DNA of 64,000 nucleotides from Escherichia coli (GTDB lineage Bacteria; Pseudomonadota; Gammaproteobacteria; Enterobacterales; Enterobacteriaceae): assembly GCF_024700885.2 (NCBI RefSeq), contig NZ_CP117016.1, one strand, 5' to 3'. Made by a program: the position numbers and the translations under genes. Shown piece after piece: positions 26,693-39,407 of the stretch. A model generated the notes under the pieces. It ran no database searches. It was not told the DNA's origin and worked only from the letters and a program-made list of their open reading frames with translations. Position 1 is the first letter of the stretch, and each line of letters begins with the position of its first letter.

Positions 26693-28624
26693 ATGAGTTA
26701 TCAGGTCTTAGCCCGAAAATGGCGCCCACAAACCTTTGCTGACGTCGTCGGCCAGGAACATGTGCTGACCGCACTGGCGAACGGCTTGTCGTTAGGGCGT
26801 ATTCATCATGCTTATCTTTTTTCCGGCACCCGTGGCGTCGGAAAAACCTCTATCGCCCGACTGCTGGCGAAGGGGCTAAACTGCGAAACCGGCATTACCG
26901 CGACGCCGTGCGGCGTGTGCGATAACTGTCGTGAAATCGAGCAGGGGCGCTTTGTCGATCTGATTGAAATCGACGCCGCCTCGCGCACCAAAGTTGAAGA
27001 CACTCGCGACCTGCTGGATAACGTCCAGTACGCTCCGGCGCGTGGTCGTTTCAAAGTTTATCTGATCGACGAAGTGCATATGCTGTCGCGCCACAGCTTT
27101 AACGCACTGTTAAAAACCCTTGAAGAGCCGCCGGAGCACGTTAAGTTTCTGCTGGCGACGACCGATCCGCAGAAATTGCCGGTGACGATTTTGTCGCGCT
27201 GTCTGCAATTCCATCTCAAGGCGCTGGATGTCGAGCAAATTCGCCATCAGCTTGAACACATCCTCAACGAAGAACATATCGCTCACGAGCCGCGGGCGCT
27301 GCAATTGCTGGCGCGCGCCGCTGAAGGCAGCCTGCGAGATGCCTTAAGTCTGACCGACCAGGCGATTGCCAGCGGTGACGGCCAGGTTTCAACTCAGGCG
27401 GTCAGTGCGATGCTGGGTACGCTTGACGACGATCAGGCGCTGTCGCTGGTTGAAGCGATGGTCGAGGCCAACGGCGAGCGCGTAATGGCGCTGATTAATG
27501 AAGCCGCTGCCCGTGGTATCGAGTGGGAAGCGTTGCTGGTGGAAATGCTCGGTCTGTTGCATCGTATTGCGATGGTACAACTTTCGCCTGCTGCACTTGG
27601 CAACGACATGGCCGCCATCGAGCTGCGGATGCGTGAACTGGCGCGCACCATACCGCCGACGGATATTCAGCTTTACTATCAGACGCTGTTGATTGGTCGC
27701 AAAGAATTACCGTATGCGCCAGACCGCCGTATGGGCGTTGAGATGACGCTGCTTCGTGCGCTGGCGTTCCATCCGCGTATGCCGCTGCCTGAGCCAGAAG
27801 TGCCACGCCAGTCCTTTGCGCCCGTCGCGCCAACGGCAGTAATGACGCCAACCCAGGTGCCGCCGCAACCGCAATCAGCGCCGCAGCAGGCACCGACTGT
27901 ACCGCTCCCGGAAACCACCAGCCAGGTGCTGGCGGCGCGCCAGCAGTTGCAGCGCGTGCAGGGAGCAACCAAAGCAAAAAAGAGTGAACCGGCAGCCGCT
28001 ACCCGCGCGCGGCCGGTGAATAACGCTGCGCTGGAAAGACTGGCTTCGGTCACCGATCGCGTTCAGGCGCGTCCGGTGCCATCGGCGCTGGAAAAAGCGC
28101 CAGCCAAAAAAGAAGCGTATCGCTGGAAGGCCACCACTCCAGTGATGCAGCAAAAAGAAGTGGTCGCCACGCCGAAGGCGCTAAAAAAAGCGCTGGAACA
28201 TGAAAAAACGCCGGAACTGGCGGCGAAGCTGGCGGCAGAAGCCATTGAGCGCGACCCGTGGGCGGCACAGGTGAGCCAACTTTCGCTACCAAAACTGGTC
28301 GAACAGGTGGCCTTAAATGCCTGGAAAGAGGAGAGCGACAACGCAGTATGTCTGCATTTGCGCTCCTCTCAGCGGCATTTGAACAACCGCGGCGCACAGC
28401 AAAAACTGGCTGAAGCGTTGAGCACGTTAAAAGGTTCAACGGTTGAACTGACTATCGTTGAAGATGATAATCCCGCGGTGCGTACGCCGCTGGAATGGCG
28501 TCAGGCGATATACGAAGAAAAACTTGCGCAGGCGCGCGAGTCCATTATTGCGGATAATAATATTCAGACCCTGCGTCGATTCTTCGATGCGGAGCTGGAT
28601 GAAGAAAGTATCCGCCCCATTTGA
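26693..28624 (+). CDS. dnaX: DNA polymerase III tau subunit (full length); the gamma subunit is made from the same start by -1 frameshifting
   Basis: 643-aa ORF; Walker A GTRGVGKTS, Zn-binding CGVCDNC. Confidence 0.96.
   Translation: MSYQVLARKWRPQTFADVVGQEHVLTALANGLSLGRIHHAYLFSGTRGVGKTSIARLLAKGLNCETGITATPCGVCDNCREIEQGRFVDLIEIDAASRTKVEDTRDLLDNVQYAPARGRFKVYLIDEVHMLSRHSFNALLKTLEEPPEHVKFLLATTDPQKLPVTILSRCLQFHLKALDVEQIRHQLEHILNEEHIAHEPRALQLLARAAEGSLRDALSLTDQAIASGDGQVSTQAVSAMLGTLDDDQALSLVEAMVEANGERVMALINEAAARGIEWEALLVEMLGLLHRIAMVQLSPAALGNDMAAIELRMRELARTIPPTDIQLYYQTLLIGRKELPYAPDRRMGVEMTLLRALAFHPRMPLPEPEVPRQSFAPVAPTAVMTPTQVPPQPQSAPQQAPTVPLPETTSQVLAARQQLQRVQGATKAKKSEPAAATRARPVNNAALERLASVTDRVQARPVPSALEKAPAKKEAYRWKATTPVMQQKEVVATPKALKKALEHEKTPELAAKLAAEAIERDPWAAQVSQLSLPKLVEQVALNAWKEESDNAVCLHLRSSQRHLNNRGAQQKLAEALSTLKGSTVELTIVEDDNPAVRTPLEWRQAIYEEKLAQARESIIADNNIQTLRRFFDAELDEESIRPI
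27976..28016 (+). other. dnaX: dnaX programmed -1 ribosomal frameshift site (slippery heptamer plus downstream stem-loop) yielding gamma
   Basis: A AAA AAG at 27976..27982 in the dnaX frame (codons GCA AAA AAG); the -1 frame reads GAG TGA (Glu, stop) directly after; GC-rich stem-loop CCGGCAGCCGC...GCGCGGCCGG at 27989..28016. Confidence 0.9.
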
Positions 28625-28661
28625 TCGTAAGCACAGCTTACGTTCGTCATCCTTAACGTGA

Positions 28662-29005
<344 letters not shown>

Positions 29006-29006
<1 letters not shown>

Positions 29007-29611
29007 TGCAAACCAGCCCGCTGTTAACACAGCTTATGGAAGCACTGCGCTGTCTGCCGGGCGTTGGCCCGAAGTCGGCGCAGCGTATGGCGTTCACGCT
29101 GCTTCAGCGCGATCGTAGCGGCGGGATGCGTCTGGCGCAGGCGCTCACCCGGGCGATGTCGGAAATCGGCCACTGCGCCGATTGCCGCACCTTCACCGAA
29201 CAGGAAGTCTGTAACATCTGTTCGAATCCGCGTCGTCAGGAAAACGGTCAAATCTGCGTGGTGGAGAGTCCGGCGGACATCTACGCCATTGAGCAGACGG
29301 GGCAGTTTTCAGGCCGTTATTTTGTGTTGATGGGGCACCTGTCACCGCTGGACGGCATCGGTCCGGATGATATCGGGCTTGATCGTCTGGAACAGCGTCT
29401 GGCAGAGGAAAAAATCACTGAAGTGATCCTCGCCACCAACCCCACGGTTGAAGGTGAAGCTACCGCTAACTACATTGCCGAGCTTTGCGCGCAATATGAC
29501 GTGGAAGCCAGCCGAATCGCTCATGGCGTACCGGTTGGCGGCGAACTGGAAATGGTCGATGGCACCACGCTGTCACACTCCCTTGCCGGGCGTCATAAGA
29601 TTCGTTTTTAA
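29006..29611 (+). CDS. recR: Recombination protein RecR
   Basis: 201-aa ORF; C4 zinc finger (CADCRTF...CNIC) and Toprim domain; start overlaps the ybaB stop. Confidence 0.95.
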
Positions 29612-29640
29612 GCAAACGAGAGCAGGATCACCTGCTCTCG

Positions 29641-29669
29641 CTTGAAATTATTCCCCCTTGTCCCCATCT
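29641..29669 (+). promoter_or_regulatory. Sigma-32 heat-shock promoter of htpG
   Basis: -35 CTTGAAA (29641..29647), 14-nt spacer, -10 CCCCATCT (29662..29669), matching the sigma-32 consensus CTTGAAA/CCCCATnT; a preceding hairpin (29617..29640) likely terminates recR. Confidence 0.8.
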
Positions 29670-29720
29670 CTCCCTCATCCTGTTTTTAACCTTAAAATGG
29701 CATTATTGAGGTAGACCTAC

Positions 29721-31595
29721 ATGAAAGGACAAGAAACTCGTGGTTTTCAGTCAGAAGTGAAGCAGCTTCTGCACCTGATGATCCATTCTCTCTATTCCAA
29801 TAAAGAAATCTTCCTGCGTGAGCTTATCTCTAACGCCTCCGATGCGGCGGACAAGCTGCGTTTCCGCGCGCTATCTAACCCGGACCTGTATGAAGGTGAT
29901 GGCGAACTGCGCGTTCGTGTCTCTTTCGATAAAGACAAGCGTACGCTGACCATCTCCGATAACGGCGTGGGGATGACCCGCGACGAAGTGATTGACCATC
30001 TGGGGACTATCGCTAAATCCGGCACCAAATCATTCCTCGAATCCCTGGGTTCTGACCAGGCGAAAGACAGCCAGCTGATCGGTCAGTTTGGTGTTGGTTT
30101 CTACTCTGCGTTTATCGTGGCTGACAAAGTGACCGTGCGTACTCGCGCGGCAGGCGAAAAACCAGAAAACGGCGTCTTCTGGGAATCGGCTGGCGAAGGT
30201 GAATACACCGTTGCCGACATCACTAAAGAAGATCGTGGTACTGAAATCACCCTGCATCTGCGTGAAGGCGAAGACGAGTTCCTCGATGACTGGCGTGTGC
30301 GTTCCATCATCAGCAAATATTCCGACCATATCGCGCTGCCGGTAGAGATCGAAAAACGCGAAGAGAAAGACGGCGAAACCGTTATCTCCTGGGAGAAAAT
30401 CAACAAAGCGCAGGCGCTGTGGACTCGTAACAAGTCGGAAATCACCGATGAAGAGTACAAAGAGTTCTACAAACACATCGCCCACGACTTTAACGATCCG
30501 CTGACCTGGAGCCACAACCGTGTTGAAGGTAAGCAGGAGTACACCAGCCTGCTGTACATTCCGTCCCAGGCTCCGTGGGATATGTGGAACCGCGATCATA
30601 AACATGGCCTGAAACTGTACGTCCAGCGTGTGTTCATCATGGACGACGCAGAACAGTTCATGCCGAACTATCTGCGCTTCGTGCGTGGTCTGATTGACTC
30701 CAGCGATCTGCCGCTGAACGTTTCCCGTGAAATCCTCCAGGACAGCACGGTAACGCGTAACCTGCGCAATGCGCTGACCAAGCGTGTGCTGCAAATGCTG
30801 GAAAAACTGGCGAAAGACGACGCGGAAAAATACCAGACCTTCTGGCAACAGTTTGGCCTGGTACTGAAAGAAGGTCCGGCGGAAGATTTCGCTAACCAGG
30901 AAGCGATCGCCAAACTGCTGCGTTTTGCGTCTACTCATACCGCTTCTTCTGCGCAGACCGTGTCTCTGGAAGACTACGTTTCCCGCATGAAAGAAGGGCA
31001 GGAGAAAATCTACTACATTACCGCAGACAGCTATGCGGCAGCGAAGAGCAGCCCGCACCTGGAACTGCTGCGTAAGAAAGGCATCGAAGTTCTGCTGCTT
31101 TCCGACCGCATCGATGAGTGGATGATGAACTATCTGACTGAGTTCGACGGTAAACCGTTCCAGTCTGTGTCTAAAGTTGACGAGTCGCTGGAAAAACTGG
31201 CTGACGAAGTTGATGAGAGCGCGAAAGAAGCGGAGAAAGCCCTGACTCCGTTCATCGACCGTGTGAAAGCCCTGCTCGGCGAGCGCGTGAAAGATGTCCG
31301 TCTGACTCACCGTCTGACCGATACGCCAGCGATTGTTTCTACCGACGCGGACGAAATGAGCACTCAGATGGCGAAACTGTTCGCTGCGGCGGGCCAGAAA
31401 GTGCCAGAAGTGAAATACATCTTTGAACTGAACCCGGATCACGTACTGGTGAAACGTGCGGCAGATACTGAAGATGAAGCGAAGTTCAGCGAGTGGGTAG
31501 AACTGCTGCTGGATCAGGCGCTGCTGGCAGAACGCGGCACGCTGGAAGATCCGAACCTGTTTATTCGTCGTATGAACCAGCTGCTGGTTTCCTGA
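29721..31595 (+). CDS. htpG: Hsp90-family chaperone HtpG
   Basis: 624-aa ORF; GHKL ATPase motifs ([16 protein letters not shown]). Confidence 0.97.
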   Translation: MKGQETRGFQSEVKQLLHLMIHSLYSNKEIFLRELISNASDAADKLRFRALSNPDLYEGDGELRVRVSFDKDKRTLTISDNGVGMTRDEVIDHLGTIAKSGTKSFLESLGSDQAKDSQLIGQFGVGFYSAFIVADKVTVRTRAAGEKPENGVFWESAGEGEYTVADITKEDRGTEITLHLREGEDEFLDDWRVRSIISKYSDHIALPVEIEKREEKDGETVISWEKINKAQALWTRNKSEITDEEYKEFYKHIAHDFNDPLTWSHNRVEGKQEYTSLLYIPSQAPWDMWNRDHKHGLKLYVQRVFIMDDAEQFMPNYLRFVRGLIDSSDLPLNVSREILQDSTVTRNLRNALTKRVLQMLEKLAKDDAEKYQTFWQQFGLVLKEGPAEDFANQEAIAKLLRFASTHTASSAQTVSLEDYVSRMKEGQEKIYYITADSYAAAKSSPHLELLRKKGIEVLLLSDRIDEWMMNYLTEFDGKPFQSVSKVDESLEKLADEVDESAKEAEKALTPFIDRVKALLGERVKDVRLTHRLTDTPAIVSTDADEMSTQMAKLFAAAGQKVPEVKYIFELNPDHVLVKRAADTEDEAKFSEWVELLLDQALLAERGTLEDPNLFIRRMNQLLVS

Positions 31596-31596
31596 T

Positions 31597-31640
31597 GTCA
31601 TGCCGGATGACCTTCGTGTCATCCGGCATTTTTCTTTTCA
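31597..31640 (+). terminator. Rho-independent terminator of htpG
   Basis: Hairpin ATGCCGGATGAC-CTTCGT-GTCATCCGGCAT followed by TTTTTCTTTTC. Confidence 0.85.
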
Positions 31641-31703
31641 TTATCTGCACTTTCCGCAAATTATCTCGCCATTAACCGTTTCAGCCCCAGGTGCCTTTCT
31701 TGA

Positions 31704-32420
<717 letters not shown>

Positions 32421-32551
32421 TCAAGCCGCAGCAGATCTGCTTTCGGGCAGGTCTGCTCATCCTCCTCAGGCAATACCTCTCACAGCAATTAGTTCTTCTT
32501 CTTCACTTTTCCGCTACAATTATCAACAAGTTGAATCGATAAGAGGCGGTA

Positions 32552-33514
32552 ATGCGTCAGACTAAAACCGGTATCCTGCTGGCAAACCTGGGTACGCCCG
32601 ATGCCCCCACACCTGAAGCGGTAAAACGCTATCTGAAACAATTTTTAAGCGACAGACGCGTGGTTGATACCTCACGGTTGTTATGGTGGCCGTTGCTGCG
32701 CGGCGTGATTTTGCCGCTGCGCTCGCCACGTGTGGCGAAGCTGTATGCCTCTGTCTGGATGGACGGTGGCTCGCCGCTGATGGTTTACAGCCGCCAGCAA
32801 CAGCAGGCGCTGGCACAACGTTTACCGGAGACGCCCGTAGCGCTGGGAATGAGCTACGGCTCGCCATCACTGGAAAGCGCCGTAGATGAACTCCTGGCAG
32901 AGCATGTAGATCATATTGTGGTGCTGCCGCTTTATCCGCAATACTCCTGTTCAACGGTCGGTGCGGTATGGGATGAACTGGCACGCATTCTGGCGCGCAA
33001 ACGTAGCATTCCGGGGATATCGTTTATTCGTGATTACGCCGATAACCACGATTACATTAATGCACTGGCGAACAGCGTACGTGCTTCTTTTGCCAAACAT
33101 GGCGAACCGGATCTGCTGCTGCTCTCTTATCATGGCATTCCCCAGCGTTATGCCGATGAAGGCGATGATTATCCGCAACGTTGCCGCACAACGACTCGCG
33201 AACTGGCTTCCGCACTGGGGATGGCACCGGAAAAAGTGATGATGACCTTTCAGTCGCGCTTTGGGCGGGAACCCTGGCTGATGCCTTATACCGACGAAAC
33301 GCTGAAAATGCTCGGAGAAAAAGGCGTAGGTCATATACAGGTGATGTGCCCGGGCTTTGCTGCGGATTGTCTGGAGACGCTGGAAGAGATTGCCGAGCAA
33401 AACCGTGAGGTCTTCCTCGGTGCGGGCGGGAAAAAATATGAATATATTCCGGCGCTTAATGCCACGCCGGAACATATCGAGATGATGGCTAATCTTGTTG
33501 CCGCGTATCGCTAA
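32552..33514 (+). CDS. hemH: Ferrochelatase
   Basis: 320-aa [37 protein letters not shown]... Confidence 0.95.
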   Translation: MRQTKTGILLANLGTPDAPTPEAVKRYLKQFLSDRRVVDTSRLLWWPLLRGVILPLRSPRVAKLYASVWMDGGSPLMVYSRQQQQALAQRLPETPVALGMSYGSPSLESAVDELLAEHVDHIVVLPLYPQYSCSTVGAVWDELARILARKRSIPGISFIRDYADNHDYINALANSVRASFAKHGEPDLLLLSYHGIPQRYADEGDDYPQRCRTTTRELASALGMAPEKVMMTFQSRFGREPWLMPYTDETLKMLGEKGVGHIQVMCPGFAADCLETLEEIAEQNREVFLGAGGKKYEYIPALNATPEHIEMMANLVAAYR

Positions 33515-34470
33515 AGCTGAGCGGTAAAGAACTGAGCGCCGTCACGAAGAGCCTCGTCGGCGGTTTTCATCATCCGTGAATAATGCAAAAAGGCGTGCAG
33601 CGTGCCTGGGTAGAGTTTGAACTCACAGGGCTGCTGATGCGCCGCTAACGTCTGGTAAAGCAGACGGCTGTCATCCAGCAGCGGATCGAACTCCGCCCCG
33701 GCAATAAAACAGGGCGGAACTTCGCGAGTGAGATCATTATTAAACAGGCAGTAATACGGCGACTCGCGGTCCGCGTCGTTGCTTAAATACGCCTCTTCAT
33801 ACATCTGTAAATCCTGTTGCGTTAAGCCATCCCAGACACCGCCCAACAGACGACGAGTCACGGAATCCCGTAATCCGTAAAGCCCATACCACAGCAAAAC
33901 GCCCGCAACTTTACCGCAATCGATCTGATTATCACGCAACCACAACGCACTGGCGAGCGCCAGCATGGCACCTGCGGAATCACCGGCAAAGCCAATGCGG
34001 GACATATTGATTTGATAATCTTCCGCCTGCTGGTGGAAATAACAACAGGCAGCCACAATTTCCTCTATCGCTTGCGGAAAACACGCTTCAGGTGAAAGGG
34101 TGTAATCAATGCCAATCACCGTACATTGGCTGTAGCTTGCCAGCAGGCGCATGATGCGATCGTGGGTATCAAGATTGCCGAGAATAAAACCGCCGCCATG
34201 CAAATAAAATAGCGTCGCCGGGCTATCTGGCTGCGGACAAAAGAGACGTGTTTCCACCTGCCCATATTTTGTTGGAACCATGTAAGCTCTGGTTGCCATT
34301 TCTGGAGCGCCCGCATTCCAGAATCGGCGCTCAAGCGTGTAATACTGTCGTTGCTCAGCAATCGTTCCCGTTGCGGGCCAGGGCGGTAAATCCGGCTGAA
34401 GAGTATTCACAACAGTCTTCATTTCAGCAGAAATAAGGTCCAGAACGGGTAATTTGTTTTCCGGCTTCAT
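33511..34470 (-). CDS. aes: Acetyl esterase (alpha/beta hydrolase, HSL family)
   Basis: 319-aa ORF; HGGG oxyanion motif and GDSAG nucleophile elbow; 4-bp overlap with the convergent hemH stop. Confidence 0.94.
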   Translation of the reverse strand: MKPENKLPVLDLISAEMKTVVNTLQPDLPPWPATGTIAEQRQYYTLERRFWNAGAPEMATRAYMVPTKYGQVETRLFCPQPDSPATLFYLHGGGFILGNLDTHDRIMRLLASYSQCTVIGIDYTLSPEACFPQAIEEIVAACCYFHQQAEDYQINMSRIGFAGDSAGAMLALASALWLRDNQIDCGKVAGVLLWYGLYGLRDSVTRRLLGGVWDGLTQQDLQMYEEAYLSNDADRESPYYCLFNNDLTREVPPCFIAGAEFDPLLDDSRLLYQTLAAHQQPCEFKLYPGTLHAFLHYSRMMKTADEALRDGAQFFTAQL

Positions 34471-34621
34471 GCAAAAACTCCTTTCAAATTACGTCATTGT
34501 AAGGAACCACTGCCATGAAAATGCGATCCCGCCTGCTGATATTGAAACTGGCTGCGTCTCGCGCGCTCCCGTCAGATTGTGTTAACATTCGCCGCTCAGT
34601 TAACCACCCGTAAAAACAACC

Positions 34622-35926
34622 ATGAAATTTCCCGGTAAACGTAAATCCAAACATTACTTCCCTGTAAATGCACGCGATCCGCTGCTTCAGCAGTTCCAGC
34701 CAGAAAACGAAACCAGCGCCGCCTGGGTAGTGGGTATCGATCAAACGCTGGTCGATATTGAAGCGAAAGTGGATGACGAATTCATTGAGCGTTATGGATT
34801 AAGCGCCGGGCATTCACTGGTGATTGAGGATGACGTAGCCGAAGCGCTTTATCAGGAACTAAAACAGAAAAACCTGATTACCCATCAATTTGCGGGTGGC
34901 ACTATTGGTAACACCATGCACAACTACTCGGTGCTCGCGGACGACCGTTCGGTGCTGCTGGGCGTCATGTGTAGCAATATTGAAATTGGCAGCTATGCCT
35001 ATCGTTACCTGTGTAACACCTCCAGCCGTACCGATCTTAACTATCTACAAGGCGTGGATGGCCCGATTGGTCGTTGCTTTACGCTGATTGGCGAGTCCGG
35101 GGAACGTACCTTTGCTATCAGCCCTGGCCACATGAACCAGCTGCGGGCTGAAAGTATTCCGGAAGATGTGATTGCCGGAGCCTCGGCACTGGTTCTCACT
35201 TCTTATCTGGTGCGTTGCAAGCCGGGTGAACCCATGCCGGAAGCAACCATGAAAGCCATTGAGTACGCGAAGAAATATAACGTACCGGTGGTGCTGACGC
35301 TGGGCACCAAGTTTGTCATTGCAGAGAATCCGCAGTGGTGGCAGCAATTCCTCGAAGACCACGTTTCTATCCTTGCGATGAACGAAGATGAAGCCGAAGC
35401 GTTGACCGGAGAAAGCGATCCGTTGTTAGCATCTGACAAGGCGCTGGACTGGGTTGATCTGGTGCTGTGCACCGCAGGGCCAATCGGCTTGTATATGGCG
35501 GGCTTTACCGAAGACGAAGCGAAACGTAAAACCCAGCATCCGTTGCTGCCGGGCGCTATAGCGGAATTTAACCAGTATGAGTTTAGCCGTGCCATGCGCC
35601 ACAAGGATTGCCAGAATCCGCTGCGTGTTTATTCGCACATTGCGCCGTACATGGGCGGGCCGGAAAAAATCATGAACACCAACGGAGCAGGGGATGGCGC
35701 ACTGGCAGCGTTGCTGCATGATATTACCGCCAACAGCTACCACCGTAGCAACGTACCAAACTCCAGCAAACATAAATTCACCTGGTTAACTTATTCATCG
35801 TTAGCGCAGGTGTGTAAATATGCTAACCGTGTGAGCTATCAGGTACTGAACCAGCATTCACCTCGTTTAACGCGCGGCTTGCCGGAGCGTGAAGACAGCC
35901 TGGAAGAGTCTTACTGGGATCGTTAA
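34622..35926 (+). CDS. gsk: Inosine-guanosine kinase
   Basis: 434-aa ORF, PfkB-family kinase fold. Confidence 0.94.
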   Translation: MKFPGKRKSKHYFPVNARDPLLQQFQPENETSAAWVVGIDQTLVDIEAKVDDEFIERYGLSAGHSLVIEDDVAEALYQELKQKNLITHQFAGGTIGNTMHNYSVLADDRSVLLGVMCSNIEIGSYAYRYLCNTSSRTDLNYLQGVDGPIGRCFTLIGESGERTFAISPGHMNQLRAESIPEDVIAGASALVLTSYLVRCKPGEPMPEATMKAIEYAKKYNVPVVLTLGTKFVIAENPQWWQQFLEDHVSILAMNEDEAEALTGESDPLLASDKALDWVDLVLCTAGPIGLYMAGFTEDEAKRKTQHPLLPGAIAEFNQYEFSRAMRHKDCQNPLRVYSHIAPYMGGPEKIMNTNGAGDGALAALLHDITANSYHRSNVPNSSKHKFTWLTYSSLAQVCKYANRVSYQVLNQHSPRLTRGLPEREDSLEESYWDR

Positions 35927-35940
35927 GTTATCGTCGGTTC

Positions 35941-36046
35941 GTAGGCCAGATAAGGCGTTCACGCCGTATCTGGCATTTTGCTCTCAATGCCTGATGCGAC
36001 GCTGGCGCGTCTTATCATGCCTACATATCCGCGCCTATTATCCGGC
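35941..36046. repeat. REP/BIME cluster between gsk and ybaL
   Basis: GTAGGCCAGATAAGGCGTTCACGCCGTATCTGGC and GCCTGATGCGACGCTGGCGCGTCTTATCATGCCTAC are REP-type palindromes. Confidence 0.8.
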
Positions 36047-36055
36047 AACCACCGT

Positions 36056-37732
36056 TTACCCCGTCACCACTTCACCCGCCGGTGGTGTTTCCAGCAGTTC
36101 TAGCATAGTACGGGCAATTTCACGCTCACCCATCACTACCTGATTCGCGCCACGTTCGGTGATATACGCCACTTCATCGTCATAATGGGCGCGGGCGATA
36201 ATCTCAATATCCGGGTTTTTCGCGCGGGCAGATGCCACAATCTCGCCTGCTTCATAACCGTTGGGAATCGTCAGGATCAGCCATTTTGCACATTCCAGAT
36301 GCGCCAGTTGCATAATTTCTTCGTTCGCCGCATTGCCCAATACTGCGCGGACCCCGCGCTCTCGCAGCTCATCAACACGGGTTCGTGACGTCTCAATCAC
36401 CACCAGCGGAATATCAGAGGCGAGCAATTTCTCCCCCAGCAGGCTGCCTACACGACCGTAACCTACCAGTAGCGCATGGTTGCAAATATCCACTGGGATC
36501 TGCTTCTCTTCTTCGATAGCCTCTTCCAGCGTCTGCTCTTCCAGCGTTTCGGTCTTCGCCAGATATTTCTCCAGCAGCGCAAACAGGACCGGGTTGAGCA
36601 TAATCGACAAAATCGCCCCTGCCAGTACCAGGTTCTGCCCGGCTTGCGGCAACAGATCCAGCGCCATGCCCAGTCCCGCCAGGATAAACGCGAACTCACC
36701 AATTTGCGCCAGGCTGGCGGCGATAGTTAATGCCGTACGTTGGGAGTGACCAAACAGTCGCACCAGGAAAAACGCGGCTAACGACTTACCAAACAGAATA
36801 ATCGCCAGCGTCGCCAGCACTGCCAGCGGTTGCTGAATCAGAATTAACGGATCAAACAACATCCCGACGGAGACAAAAAACAGCACCGCAAACGCGTCGC
36901 GCAATGGCAGCGTATCGTGGGCGGCACGGTGACTCAGTTCAGACTCGTTCAGTACCATCCCGGCAAAGAACGCACCGAGTGCAAAGGAGACATCAAACAG
37001 CTCCACCGCACCAAAGGCAATCCCTAACGCCAGCGCCAGCACCGACAGGGTAAACAGCTCACGGGAACCGGTTGCTGCGCTACGTGCCATAATCCACGGC
37101 ACCAGACGGCGACCTACCAGCATCATAATGGCGATAAATGCGATCACCTTGCCGATGGTGATCCCCATATCGACAGCAAGAGTGGCAAAGCCCACATCGC
37201 CTTGTTCCATCATTCCTGCCACTGCGGGCAGCAACACCAGCGTCAGAACCATTACCAGGTCTTCCACAATCAACCAACCGATGGCGATTTGCCCACGCTG
37301 ACTGTCTATTAATTGCCGTTCTTCAAGTGCGCGCAGTAACACCACGGTACTGGCGGTGGAAAGGCATAAGCCGAACACGATACCGGTCATTAACGACCAG
37401 CCCAGCACGGCGGAGAGCGCCATACCCAGCAGCGTCGCCACGGCTATCTGGGCGATCGCACCGGGAATGGCGATGGCCTTTACCGCCATCAAATCCTTCA
37501 GCGAAAAGTGCAGACCCACGCCAAACATCAACAGAATGACGCCCAGTTCAGCCAGTTCCGGCGCAAGCTTGGTATCGGCAACAAAGCCCGGAGTGAATGG
37601 TCCTGCCAGCACACCCGCTAACAGATATCCCACCAGAGGAGAAATACGTAGTTTATTGGCCAGCATGCCGAGGATAAAGGCGAGCACAAGGCCGCCAACA
37701 ATGGTGGTGATAAGCGGGGTGGCGTGATGCAT
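36056..37732 (-). CDS. ybaL: CPA2-family cation:proton antiporter with C-terminal RCK/TrkA-N domain, YbaL
   Basis: 558-aa ORF; multi-TM N-terminus, Rossmann-like GYGRVG motif in the C-terminal domain. Confidence 0.92.
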   Translation of the reverse strand: MHHATPLITTIVGGLVLAFILGMLANKLRISPLVGYLLAGVLAGPFTPGFVADTKLAPELAELGVILLMFGVGLHFSLKDLMAVKAIAIPGAIAQIAVATLLGMALSAVLGWSLMTGIVFGLCLSTASTVVLLRALEERQLIDSQRGQIAIGWLIVEDLVMVLTLVLLPAVAGMMEQGDVGFATLAVDMGITIGKVIAFIAIMMLVGRRLVPWIMARSAATGSRELFTLSVLALALGIAFGAVELFDVSFALGAFFAGMVLNESELSHRAAHDTLPLRDAFAVLFFVSVGMLFDPLILIQQPLAVLATLAIILFGKSLAAFFLVRLFGHSQRTALTIAASLAQIGEFAFILAGLGMALDLLPQAGQNLVLAGAILSIMLNPVLFALLEKYLAKTETLEEQTLEEAIEEEKQIPVDICNHALLVGYGRVGSLLGEKLLASDIPLVVIETSRTRVDELRERGVRAVLGNAANEEIMQLAHLECAKWLILTIPNGYEAGEIVASARAKNPDIEIIARAHYDDEVAYITERGANQVVMGEREIARTMLELLETPPAGEVVTG

Positions 37733-37969
37733 TCCGTCTCCTTTTCCTGGTGGTTATTGTCCATTTTTGGCCGGGAAAACCAAAATTACAGGTAATAGTT
37801 TATGACAATTTCATTGATGATGTTTATGAATAATTGTTGAATTTTGCAGAAAAATGGAATTAGCTGCAAAAAAAGCACGGATCGGAAAACTGAAGGCGGT
37901 TTAACAGAGGAAAGGCTTATGGCGACTGTAAAATGATGCAGCCAAAGTTTGCCTTTGGCTGCAATGAAA

Positions 37970-39190
37970 TCACTCTTTATGCCGGTTATCAGGCAGGAAT
38001 ATGGTCAACATCCCCAATAGTGGCAGGAAAGCACAGATTTTATAGACTAACTCGATGCTGGTGTGATCGGCGATAAGCCCCAGAACTGCCGCTCCCAGAC
38101 CTCCCATGCCAAAAGCAAAACCGAAAAAGAGTCCAGAAACCATACCGATACGTCCCGGAAGTAGCTCCTGAGCGTAGACCAGAATGGCAGAGAATGCCGA
38201 AGCGAGGATAAATCCAATAATCACCGTTAAAACCCCCGTCCAGTGCAGGCTGGCGTAGGGTAAAATCAGCGTAAACGGCGCAACGCCGAGGATAGAGCCC
38301 CAAATCACATATTTCCGCCCAATTTTATCCCCTACAGGCCCGCCGATCACCGTACCTGCCGCAACGGCAAACAGGAAGGCAAACAGATGAAGCTGAGCAT
38401 TCTGGATAGATAATCCGAATTTTTGCATCAGATAAAAGGTGTAATAGCTGCTGATGCTCGCCATATAGAAATATTTCGAGAAAATGAGGATTAACAGAAT
38501 GCTGACCGCCAGTACCACTTTGTTTCGCGGCAGTGGATTGATAATCGTCGCTTTGGGTTTTCCTTTATTCATTCGGTGCTGTGCCGAGTACCAACGGCTG
38601 ATTTGCGCCAACACCACGATCGCCAGCAGTGCCGCAAGCACAAACCAGGCAACGTTGCCTTTACCATAAGGCGCGATAATCACCGCCGCCAGCAAGGGCC
38701 CCAGGGAACTGCCAAAGTTGCCGCCGACCTGAAAGATAGATTGCGCCAGGCCATGACGCCCGCCAGAAGCCATACGGGCCACGCGAGAAGATTCCGGATG
38801 AAAGACCGATGAACCGGTACCGACCAGCGCCGCCGCCAGCAGAACTGCGCCAAAACTGCCCGCCAGCGCAAGTAGCACCAGACCACTTAAGGTAAAGCAC
38901 ATGCCAATTGGCAACGACCACGGCATCGGATATTTATCGGTCCAGTAGCCGACCACTGGTTGCAGTAGCGAAGAGGCGAGCTGGAAGGTGAGGGTTATCA
39001 TGCCAATCTGCATAAATGTCAGAGAAAATTCTGACTGAAGCAGCGGATAAATCGCCAGAATCAGCGATTGGATCATGTCGTTCAGCAGATGTGAGAGGCT
39101 GATAGCACCTAAAATACCAAACGATGTTCGGGCCTTGGTCGTTGACGCAGCCGCGCCCGCCACAGGCTGGGTTTGTTCACTCATTGCCAT
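37970..39190 (-). CDS. fsr: MFS transporter Fsr (fosmidomycin resistance)
   Basis: 406-aa 12-TM ORF. Confidence 0.92.
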   Translation of the reverse strand: MAMSEQTQPVAGAAASTTKARTSFGILGAISLSHLLNDMIQSLILAIYPLLQSEFSLTFMQIGMITLTFQLASSLLQPVVGYWTDKYPMPWSLPIGMCFTLSGLVLLALAGSFGAVLLAAALVGTGSSVFHPESSRVARMASGGRHGLAQSIFQVGGNFGSSLGPLLAAVIIAPYGKGNVAWFVLAALLAIVVLAQISRWYSAQHRMNKGKPKATIINPLPRNKVVLAVSILLILIFSKYFYMASISSYYTFYLMQKFGLSIQNAQLHLFAFLFAVAAGTVIGGPVGDKIGRKYVIWGSILGVAPFTLILPYASLHWTGVLTVIIGFILASAFSAILVYAQELLPGRIGMVSGLFFGFAFGMGGLGAAVLGLIADHTSIELVYKICAFLPLLGMLTIFLPDNRHKE

Positions 39191-39407
39191 AGGAAAGTCA
39201 CTTTTTCAGGGTTGCGATGTAAAGAATGATCTTATTTGTGATTATTACCCGACTAACATACCTGTATGCGTCGCCTGAAGGAAGTCTCAACGCTGAATAC
39301 AGAATTTCTAATCTGGATGCAGATTTATCTTCACCGGACGCAGACTTGTCTATGATGTCGCGTCATACTATTTTTCAACACGTTGAAATCAGGTCAGGGA
39401 GAGAAGT

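Noticed and set aside
27433-28439. Cluster of overlapping minus-strand ORFs (up to 160 aa) within dnaX
   Set aside because: Antisense artefacts in the GC-rich, Pro/Ala-rich linker-coding part of dnaX
30030-31622. 530-aa ORF antisense to htpG
   Set aside because: Fully embedded antisense to the well-supported htpG CDS; low-complexity Phe/Arg/Gln-rich translation with no recognisable domain or RBS context
37936-37961. Hairpin GCAGCCAAAG-TTTG-CTTTGGCTGC downstream of fsr as a terminator
   Set aside because: Good stem but no convincing T-tract on the fsr strand; left unannotated as a feature
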